Shown in pieces: positions 18,165-24,684 of a DNA stretch of 33,213 nt. Below the pieces are notes generated by a model, which saw nothing but the letters and a program-made list of their open reading frames with translations, was not told where the DNA came from and searched no databases. Source of the DNA: an uncultured archaeon (GTDB lineage: Archaea > Iainarchaeota > Iainarchaeia > Iainarchaeales > JAAZKV01); contig CAZIEL010000002.1 of NCBI GenBank assembly GCA_964538165.1, positions 1 through 33,213 of the forward strand, written 5' to 3'. Numbering within the stretch: the stretch's first letter is position 1; the number at the start of each line of letters is the position of its first letter. The position numbers and the translations under genes were made by a program.

Positions 18165-18316
18165 GCAGGGGTTCCCGAGCGGTCAAAGGGGCAGGACTTA
18201 AGCAACCTTTTCTTTTCTTTGCAGAAAAGAAAAACGTTGATGAAAAAGAAAAGACGATAGCGTTTGAGTTATCCTGTGGCTTAGTGCCTTCAAGAGTTCG
18301 AATCTCTTCCCCTGCA
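18165..18316 (+). tRNA. tRNA-Leu(UAA) with a 68-nt intron at the canonical 37/38 position (18203-18270); CCA not encoded
   Basis: Acceptor GCAGGGG/CCCCTGC is 7 bp. The anticodon stem is CAGGA/TCCTG with loop C-U-UAA-G. The long variable arm has a GGC/GCC stem. The T arm is AAGAG-TTCGAAT-CTCTT and the discriminator is A. The splice sites sit in a bulge-helix-bulge motif (details in findings). Confidence 0.85.
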
Positions 18317-18350
18317 TAATTAAATTTGAAAAATTAAGAAGTGAAAAATT

Positions 18351-18710
18351 ATGGCAAAAAAATTGGAAACAATCAAGCTCATTACGAGTCTAAATAAAGC
18401 AGCGAAAAAAACAGATGCTAATTTGTGGGATGATTTAGCTTACAGGTTAACTAGACCAACAAGAAATAAAGTAATTGTAAATCTTGATAAGGTAAGTAAA
18501 CTTGCTGCAAAAAATAAAGGAAAAATAATTTTGGTTCCGGGCAAAATATTGTCTGAGGGCGAATTAAAAGAAAAAGTAACAGTTATAGCAGTAAGTGCTT
18601 CAGAAAAAGCAAAGCAAAAAATTAATGCAAAAGGAGAATTTATTGCATTAAAAGATTTTGTTGCAGGTGCAGAAAAAGCTAAAGTGAGTGACATAATAAT
18701 AGTAAAATGA
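18351..18710 (+). CDS. rpl18e: 50S ribosomal protein eL18 (L18e)
   Basis: LWDDLAYRLTRPTRNKVIVNLDKVSKLA...ILVPGKILSEGEL...VIAVSASEKAKQKI matches L18e. It is the first gene of the L18e-L13-S9-rpoN order. Confidence 0.88.
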   Translation: MAKKLETIKLITSLNKAAKKTDANLWDDLAYRLTRPTRNKVIVNLDKVSKLAAKNKGKIILVPGKILSEGELKEKVTVIAVSASEKAKQKINAKGEFIALKDFVAGAEKAKVSDIIIVK

Positions 18711-18741
18711 AGTTAGAGAAATTATTTTGATGGTGTTAAGT

Positions 18742-19164
18742 ATGATGACAATAGATGCAAAAGGACTCGTGGCAGGAAGAATAGCAAGTAAAGTTGCAAA
18801 AGCATTAATTAATGAAGAAACAGTTACTGTACTTAATGCAGAAGACGTAGTAATAGTTGGTGGAAAAGAAGCAATACTTGCAAAATACAAAATGAGAGTA
18901 GATGCATCTGTATTGTCTAACCCCAATTATGGACCAAAATACTCAAGAGTGCCAGACAGATTATTTAGAAGAATGGTTAGAAACATGTTGCCAACACAAA
19001 AGAGTTCAAAAGAAAGAATAATAAAAAGACTTAGCGTTTATAACAAAATTCCAGAAGAACTAGCAAAAGAAAAAATGCTAACTTTTGACGAATATAAGTG
19101 CAATGAAAGGCACCAAAGTATGACATTAAAGGAACTATGTGTACTACTTGGCGGAAGATGGTAA
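18742..19164 (+). CDS. rpl13: 50S ribosomal protein uL13 (L13)
   Basis: IDAKGLVAGRIASKVAKALI...VVIVGGKEA...RMVRNMLP matches L13. GGTG precedes ATG 18742; the ORF opens at TTG 18727. Confidence 0.9.
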   Translation: MMTIDAKGLVAGRIASKVAKALINEETVTVLNAEDVVIVGGKEAILAKYKMRVDASVLSNPNYGPKYSRVPDRLFRRMVRNMLPTQKSSKERIIKRLSVYNKIPEELAKEKMLTFDEYKCNERHQSMTLKELCVLLGGRW

Positions 19165-19178
19165 TTGGTTTGGTGAAG

Positions 19179-19613
19179 ATGATGGACGAAGAAAAGAAAT
19201 TAAAACCTGCAGCAAAAAGAGCTGGAATGATTGTAAAATCAAAGAAAAAATCAGCAGCTGCAAGAGCAGTAATATACAAAGGGAATGGAACAGTAAAAAT
19301 AAACAAAGTAAATGTTAATGTTTATGCGACAGGGTATGTAAAAGAATTATTGCTTGAACCAATAAGACTTGCTGGCGAAGTAATTAAAGAATTTAATATT
19401 GATGTGACAGTAAATGGATCAGGATTCATGAGTCAAGCTGTAGCAGTACGTTCATGCATAGCAAAAGCAATAGTAAAAGCAAAAGGAAAAAAGTACAAAG
19501 ATCTATTTACAGCATACGATAGAACATTGCTTGTTGATGATGTTAGAAGAGTTGAAGATAAAAAGCCTCTTGGAAGAAAGGCAAGAAAGAAAAAACAACA
19601 CAGCAAAAGATGA
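19179..19613 (+). CDS. rps9: 30S ribosomal protein uS9 (S9)
   Basis: AVIYKGNGTVKINK...GSGFMSQAVAVRSCIAKAIV...DVRRVEDKKPLGRKARKKKQHSKR has the S9-type C-terminal SKR. GGTGA precedes ATG 19179; the ORF opens at 19137 inside L13. Confidence 0.9.
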   Translation: MMDEEKKLKPAAKRAGMIVKSKKKSAAARAVIYKGNGTVKINKVNVNVYATGYVKELLLEPIRLAGEVIKEFNIDVTVNGSGFMSQAVAVRSCIAKAIVKAKGKKYKDLFTAYDRTLLVDDVRRVEDKKPLGRKARKKKQHSKR

Positions 19614-19632
19614 AGCGAAAAGCTTCATTTTT
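19611..19632 (+). terminator. Hairpin plus T5 overlapping the S9 stop codon
   Basis: TGAAGC (19611-19616) pairs with GCTTCA (19622-19627) around a GAAAA loop, then TTTTT (19628-19632). A second inverted repeat, TTTTGCAA/TTGCAAAA, follows. Confidence 0.4.
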
Positions 19633-19701
19633 GCAAGATTTTTTGCAAAAATTTGGAGTATTGGAAAAAAGTTAAGGAATTGATGTTTGCGGTGAGAAAA
19701 A

Positions 19702-19896
19702 ATGATAGTACCAGTAAGATGTTTTTCATGCGGAAAAGTATTGGGTGGATTATACGCTGAGTTCAAAGAACGAACTGACAAAGGCGAAGACGCAGGAAAA
19801 GTAATGGATGACTTGGGTGTACGAAAATACTGTTGTAGAAAAGTACTTTTGACTCACGCAGAATTAGTGGATGATATAATGAGATTCCAAAAGTAA
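19702..19896 (+). CDS. rpoN: DNA-directed RNA polymerase subunit N (Rpo10)
   Basis: [15 protein letters not shown]...[10 protein letters not shown] is the classical RpoN zinc motif. GGTGA lies upstream of the ATG. Confidence 0.9.
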   Translation: MIVPVRCFSCGKVLGGLYAEFKERTDKGEDAGKVMDDLGVRKYCCRKVLLTHAELVDDIMRFQK

Positions 19897-19935
19897 TTTG
19901 GTTTTTAGGTTTATTGATTTTGAAGAAGTGATTGA

Positions 19936-20676
19936 ATGGAAGAAAAAATGGTTGAAAAAGGAACAAAACAAGAATTTGACGAAACAGAATTCTATAAAGG
20001 TAAAGACTTGTTAATAGACATAGAAACATACCTAAAAAGCGGAGTACACATTGGAACAAAATTCAAAACAGGGGAAATGCGAAGATATATTTTTAAGAAA
20101 AGAAAAGATGGATTAATGGTATTTAATATTGAAACAATTGATAAAAGAATAAGAATGGCTTCAAAATTACTTGCAAAATACGATGGAAAAGATGTTGCAG
20201 TAATGGCACGAAGATTATATGGTCATAAGCCAGCAAGAAAACTTGCTGCAATGATTGGAGCAAGAGAATTTGTTGGAAGATTCATTCCGGGAACATTCAC
20301 AAATCCACAAGCAAGATTATTTGTTGAACCAAAACTAATTATAGTGACTGATCCAATAGCTGATTCACAAGCGATTCAAGAAGCAAAAGAAATACACATA
20401 CCAGTTATTGCACTTGCGGGAAGCGATTCACCAATAAAGAACACTGATTTAATAATTCCAGCAAATAATAAGGGAAGAAAATCACTTGCGCTAATATACT
20501 ATTTAATTGCCAGAGAAACTTTGGTAGAACGAAAAGAAATAGCACGCGAAAGCTTTACCGCACAAGTTGGAGAGTTTGAGCAAGAAATAGATGAAACACA
20601 AGAAGAAAAACCAAAGAGAACATTCTCAAGATTTAGAAGTAGCAGTAGAGATGGCGGAAGAAGACAAAGAAGGTAA
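19936..20676 (+). CDS. rps2: 30S ribosomal protein uS2 (S2)
   Basis: YLKSGVHIGTKFKTGEMRRYIF...IIVTDPIADSQAIQEAKEIHIPVIALAGSDSP matches S2. The C-terminal tail is charged. Confidence 0.92.
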   Translation: MEEKMVEKGTKQEFDETEFYKGKDLLIDIETYLKSGVHIGTKFKTGEMRRYIFKKRKDGLMVFNIETIDKRIRMASKLLAKYDGKDVAVMARRLYGHKPARKLAAMIGAREFVGRFIPGTFTNPQARLFVEPKLIIVTDPIADSQAIQEAKEIHIPVIALAGSDSPIKNTDLIIPANNKGRKSLALIYYLIARETLVERKEIARESFTAQVGEFEQEIDETQEEKPKRTFSRFRSSSRDGGRRQRR

Positions 20677-20764
20677 TTTTTCGTTAAACTTCTCTAAAAA
20701 AAGGGCTAAAAACCAGTAAAAAAGCCCTCATTAACGTTTTAAAGTAAATTTAAATACTGGTTCA

Positions 20765-20782
20765 TACAATAATATTATAGTA
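20765..20782 (+). promoter_or_regulatory. 18-bp imperfect palindrome between a TATA-like box and the TrmB-like gene (candidate operator)
   Basis: TACAATAAT|ATTATAGTA has 8 of 9 positions symmetric. The TATA-like TTTAAATA lies at 20748-20755 and the start ATG at 20805. Confidence 0.3.
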
Positions 20783-20804
20783 AAAGGTACTTTTGGTGGT
20801 TGGG

Positions 20805-21545
20805 ATGAACAATTCCGAGGCATATGCATTACTAGAGAAACTTGGCCTCACTGAATACGAAGCAAAAACGCTTAACACTTTATTTGCTCTAAAAGAGGCG
20901 GAAGCTCCCGCAATATCAAGATCGGCACAAGTGCCAAAAACAAGAGTGTATGATGTTTTAGAAAAATTGATGGAAAGAAACCTGATTATTGAAATAAAAG
21001 GCAGACCAAAGTTATACCGAGCAATTGAACCAGAAAAAGCGATTGATTCTTTGTTACTTGGAAAAAAAAATCAATTAGGGGAATTAGAAAAAGAAGCGAC
21101 AGTTGTAAAAGATTTATTTGAAGATCCGTCTTCAAAAGAAGAAAGCGGAGAAAAAGTAATGAAAGTAAAAGACAAACAAGACTTCGAAAGAATACTTGGA
21201 CAAGAATTACTAAAAGCATCAAAGTCAATACAAGGGCTAACAGAAATACAAGATGATCACGACATAATACACGAAGCGCTAAAAAAAGCAAAAGAAAGAA
21301 ATGTTACAATAAAATTATTAAACACTTTTCCATCAAAGAGACTAAAGGATTGTTGTGAAGTAAAACAATTTAATCACGGACTAAATGCGTTTATTATTGA
21401 TGGAAAAAAAGTGGTGATGGCAATAAGTGATTTTAAAAAACAAAAACCTGATTATCACTTTACAATTTTAAATGATCACTTGCCAATGGCAAATGCGCTA
21501 CTACACTTTTTTGACAAAAATTGGAAAGATGCAAAAAATTTCTAG
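20805..21545 (+). CDS. TrmB-family transcriptional regulator (N-terminal winged HTH plus C-terminal domain)
   Basis: LLEKLGLTEYEAKTLNTLFALKEAEAPAISRSAQVPKTRVYDVLEKLMERNLI...GRPKLYRAIEP is the TrmB-type wHTH signature. The ORF opens at TTG 20793. Confidence 0.65.
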   Translation: MNNSEAYALLEKLGLTEYEAKTLNTLFALKEAEAPAISRSAQVPKTRVYDVLEKLMERNLIIEIKGRPKLYRAIEPEKAIDSLLLGKKNQLGELEKEATVVKDLFEDPSSKEESGEKVMKVKDKQDFERILGQELLKASKSIQGLTEIQDDHDIIHEALKKAKERNVTIKLLNTFPSKRLKDCCEVKQFNHGLNAFIIDGKKVVMAISDFKKQKPDYHFTILNDHLPMANALLHFFDKNWKDAKNF

Positions 21546-21554
21546 TGTTATTTT

Positions 21555-21845
21555 ATGGTCCCTTCTGCTATAATTAGACGCGTTAAGGGGCTCACTCGTC
21601 AAGAGAAATTTAATTTGCCTGCGAAAGTGCCAAATCGTTCAATTAGACACTATATTATTTTAAGAAAAGTAATTGCTGATAAGTTAAGATTTGAGATGCA
21701 AAGAAATCGAAATTGGAAGATGAGTTTTATTGCAGAATACGCAGAAAGCGAAGCACTTAGAACTGCAATTCCTGCTGAGTGGCTTGAATTATCTGGTACA
21801 GAGTTATTGGCAAAATTACGCCCAATGAAAAGAAAAATGGAATAA
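21555..21845 (+). CDS. Hypothetical 96-aa basic protein, no family recognised
   Basis: This clean ORF lies 9 nt after the TrmB-like stop and ends 36 nt before gltX. It is Arg-rich, uses CGN codons, and has no Cys and no TM segment. Coding status rests on ORF length and position only. Confidence 0.5.
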   Translation: MVPSAIIRRVKGLTRQEKFNLPAKVPNRSIRHYIILRKVIADKLRFEMQRNRNWKMSFIAEYAESEALRTAIPAEWLELSGTELLAKLRPMKRKME

Positions 21846-21881
21846 CAAAACTCTTAAATCTTAACAAATCTAATCTTTATT

Positions 21882-23579
21882 ATGGATAATCGAGAAGAAA
21901 TAAAACAAGTTGCTTACAAATACGCTATAAAAAATGCATATGAACATGATGGAAAAGCACAAAGTGGGGCAGTAATTGGAAAAGCAAAAGCACTATTTCC
22001 TGAAGCTGATTTAAAAGAAGTTGCGCCCTTAGTTGCGCAAATAGTTACCCAAGTAAACAAAATGCACAAAGATATGCTTAATGCTGAATACTCAAAATTT
22101 AGTGCAGAAGGATGGGAACTAAAGCACATTGAAAAAGAAAAAACTCTTCCCGAACTTGAATGGGTAACTCCGGGAGTAAAACTAGTTACAAGAGTAGCGC
22201 CAAACCCAAGCGGAGTAATGCACTTTGGACACGCAAGACCGGGAGTGCTAACTGATGAGTATGTAAAAAAATATGGAGGAAAACTAATTTTGCGATTTGA
22301 TGACACTGATCCAAAAGTAAAAACACCTATGGAAGGTGCAGAAGCAGAATTCAAACGAGATTTTGATTGGCTTGGAATAAAGTTTCATGAAATAAATAGA
22401 TCTTCGGATAGACTTAATCGATATTATGAAATTATAGAAAAATTACTTTCTGATGGAATGGCTTATGTTTGCAGTTGTGAAAGCGAGGAATGGAGAAAAC
22501 TAATTTGGGATAAAAAAGCTTGCCCTTGCAGAGAAAAAAAACCATCTGAACAATTAACACTTTGGAAAAAAATGCTTGCACATGAAATAAAAGAAGAAGA
22601 AGCAGTTGTGAGAATCAAAACTGATCTTAATAATCCTGATCCAAGCGAAAGAGATTGGTGGGCAGCAAAAGTAGTGGATGAAATAAATCACACAAATCCA
22701 AATGTAAAAAATAAACACGTTTGGCCATCCTATAATCTTGCTTGTGCAGTTGATGATCATGATATGGGAATAAACTTGATAATTAGAGGACAAGAGCACT
22801 TAACAAATGCGGATAAACAAAAATTTTTATTTGATCACTTTAATTGGACTGTACCCCACAACTACTTTAATGGAAAAATATCCAAACTCGGGGACATGGT
22901 ACTATCAAAAAGTAAAATAAAAGTACTAATGGATAAACAAGGACTAACACGAGATGATGACCCAAGGCTTGCAACAATAAAAGCATTTAGGAGAAGAGGA
23001 TTTGTTCCAGGAGCTATAAGAAAAATAATACTTGAATGTGGGTTGAGTTTAAAAGAAGTAAAACTTTCAGCAGATGCAATTGCGGCCGCAAACAAATTAT
23101 TTGTTGGAGAAGTTAATTCTTATCCATTCTTTGAAGAAGCAGTTCCAATTGAAGTATATAATTTAGTGAGCGGAGAAGGCGATTGTTATGGGGAAAAAGT
23201 AGAATTTGAAAATGGAATAACAAAATTATTTATAGATAAAAAAGAAGTAGTGAAATACAAAAATAATTTAACAAAACAAGCAAAAAATGAGATTGTACTA
23301 AGATTCAAAAAAGCATTCAACGCAAAAATAACTGAAATTACTGACTTTGATGCGAAAGCAAGGTTTATTTCTTATGCAAAAACAGAAAACCCTGTTATTT
23401 CATGGATTGATGAATTAATTGATGTTGAAATAACAATGAATGATGGAACAATAAAACGAGGATTCTCTTCGCCCTCTCTTTTAAACGCAAAAGGAATAGT
23501 ACACTTTGATGGACTCGGATATGCAAACATTGAAGCAAAAGAAAACGGAAAAATAGAAGCTATTTATTCTTATGAATGA
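21882..23579 (+). CDS. gltX: Glutamyl-tRNA synthetase, archaeal type
   Basis: It has the class I HIGH motif (PSGVMHFGHARPG), the LRFDDTDP motif and a KMSKS-like VLSKSK. The length of 565 aa is typical. Confidence 0.9.
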   Translation: MDNREEIKQVAYKYAIKNAYEHDGKAQSGAVIGKAKALFPEADLKEVAPLVAQIVTQVNKMHKDMLNAEYSKFSAEGWELKHIEKEKTLPELEWVTPGVKLVTRVAPNPSGVMHFGHARPGVLTDEYVKKYGGKLILRFDDTDPKVKTPMEGAEAEFKRDFDWLGIKFHEINRSSDRLNRYYEIIEKLLSDGMAYVCSCESEEWRKLIWDKKACPCREKKPSEQLTLWKKMLAHEIKEEEAVVRIKTDLNNPDPSERDWWAAKVVDEINHTNPNVKNKHVWPSYNLACAVDDHDMGINLIIRGQEHLTNADKQKFLFDHFNWTVPHNYFNGKISKLGDMVLSKSKIKVLMDKQGLTRDDDPRLATIKAFRRRGFVPGAIRKIILECGLSLKEVKLSADAIAAANKLFVGEVNSYPFFEEAVPIEVYNLVSGEGDCYGEKVEFENGITKLFIDKKEVVKYKNNLTKQAKNEIVLRFKKAFNAKITEITDFDAKARFISYAKTENPVISWIDELIDVEITMNDGTIKRGFSSPSLLNAKGIVHFDGLGYANIEAKENGKIEAIYSYE

Positions 23580-23595
23580 AGGTAATTTCTCAAGC

Positions 23596-23602
23596 TTTTT
23601 TT
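23596..23602 (+). terminator. T7 tract 17 nt after the gltX stop
   Basis: The sequence is AAGCTTTTTTTGA. Oligo-T is the archaeal termination signal. Confidence 0.3.
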
Positions 23603-23667
23603 GACCAAAGAAGCCATCTTTTTAAACTTTTCTTTGGGGTATTATTTTAGTTTCTAAGGCTTATTTT

Positions 23668-23699
23668 GCCGATGAAGCTGATGTGTAATCAGCGGAGGT
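23668..23699 (+). promoter_or_regulatory. Kink-turn (K-turn) hairpin in the L7Ae 5' leader
   Basis: The sequence reads GCC-GAU-GA-A-GCUGAU-[GUGUA]-AUCAGC-G-GA-GGU. That gives a C stem, a 3-nt bulge, tandem G.A/A.G pairs, an A.G at 3b.3n and a 6-bp NC stem. It lies 50 nt upstream of the L7Ae ATG. Confidence 0.5.
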
Positions 23700-23748
23700 T
23701 GCAATATAACTTCTGCTAATTAGACAGTTGACGCGGAGGAGATTACAG

Positions 23749-24111
23749 ATGGCGGATTATATAAAGGTACAATTAACAGATGAGTTAAGGGAAGAAACAG
23801 CTGATTTGCTTGAAAAAACAGCAAAAAAAGGAAAAATAAAAGCTGGAATTAATGAAGTAACAAAAGCTATTGAAAGAGGAACAGCAAAGTTTGTTGTGAT
23901 TGCTGAAGATGTTAGTCCAAAAGAAATCGTAATGCACTTACCATTACTATGTGACGAAAAGCAAATTCCTTTTAGTTACATTGCAACAAAAAAAGATCTT
24001 GGTGAAAAAGCAGGATTAAGAACAGCAACTGCATCAATTGCAATAACTGAGAGTGAAGCAGAAAAAGAACTAAAAGATTTAGGCAAAAAAATTGCTGAAT
24101 TAAGGAAGTAG
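23749..24111 (+). CDS. rpl7ae: 50S ribosomal protein L7Ae (eL8 family; K-turn binding protein)
   Basis: INEVTKAIERGTAKFVVIAEDVSPKEIVMHLPLLCDEKQIPFSYIATKKDLGEKAG matches L7Ae. GGAGGAG precedes ATG 23749; the ORF opens at TTG 23728. Confidence 0.93.
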   Translation: MADYIKVQLTDELREETADLLEKTAKKGKIKAGINEVTKAIERGTAKFVVIAEDVSPKEIVMHLPLLCDEKQIPFSYIATKKDLGEKAGLRTATASIAITESEAEKELKDLGKKIAELRK

Positions 24112-24123
24112 AGGTGAACACAA

Positions 24124-24339
24124 ATGGGTGATGAAAGAGGAACTCCTGCAGAAGTTGTGGAAGTTGTAAAAAAAACCGGTGTTCATGGAGAAGTAACACA
24201 AATATTGTGCAAAATACTTGACGGACCAGAAAAAGGACGTGTGAAAAGAAGAAACGCACGCGGAAACGTACAAAAAGGAGATGTCTTGATTCTTTTAGAC
24301 ACTGAAAGAGAAGCTAAAGAAATCAGGTCAAAGAATTAA
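24124..24339 (+). CDS. rps28e: 30S ribosomal protein eS28 (S28e)
   Basis: TPAEVVEVVKKTGVHGEVTQILCKILDGPEKGRVKRRNARGNVQKGDVLILLDTEREAKEI matches S28e and follows L7Ae. Confidence 0.9.
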   Translation: MGDERGTPAEVVEVVKKTGVHGEVTQILCKILDGPEKGRVKRRNARGNVQKGDVLILLDTEREAKEIRSKN

Positions 24340-24357
24340 AGGAAGGGGATGATTTAG

Positions 24358-24579
24358 ATGAAATGCAGTTTTTGTGGACAAGACCTTCCTATTGGTGGAG
24401 GCAAAATGTATGCAAAAAGAGAAGGAACAGTGTACTATTTTTGCTCCAACAAATGCGAAAAAAATATGATAGCATTAGGAAGAAAACCTGTTAAAACAAG
24501 ATGGACAGAAAGCTATAACAAATTAAAGAAAACTTTGTTATCAGCAAAAGAAAAAGAAGCAACAGAACAAAAGAAATAA
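24358..24579 (+). CDS. rpl24e: 50S ribosomal protein eL24 (L24e), zinc-ribbon
   Basis: MKCSFCGQDLPIGGGKMYAKREGTVYYFCSNKCEKN matches L24e. Confidence 0.9.
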   Translation: MKCSFCGQDLPIGGGKMYAKREGTVYYFCSNKCEKNMIALGRKPVKTRWTESYNKLKKTLLSAKEKEATEQKK

Positions 24580-24607
24580 AATGCAAAATGAAATATTTTG
24601 TAAAAAA

Positions 24608-24647
24608 GAAAAAGGGGCTAAAGAGCTTCTTTTTCAATTTTTTTTTT
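24608..24647 (+). terminator. 12-bp hairpin followed by a T10 tract between L24e and ndk
   Basis: GAAAAAGGGGCU (24608-24619) pairs with AGCUUCUUUUUC (24624-24635), including two G.U pairs, around an AAAG loop. T10 follows at 24638-24647. Confidence 0.45.
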
Positions 24648-24684
24648 AAACAAAAAATTCTGGTGAGTAAAAGGAGATGAAAAA

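Noticed and set aside
18238-18243. A box C-like UGAUGA inside the tRNA-Leu intron, suggesting an intron-encoded C/D box guide sRNA like the one known for a haloarchaeal tRNA-Trp intron.
   Set aside because: No matching box D (CUGA) or C'/D' pair lies in the remaining ~27 nt of the intron. UGAUGA is expected by chance in A/G/U-rich sequence. I mention it in the tRNA finding but do not call it an sRNA.
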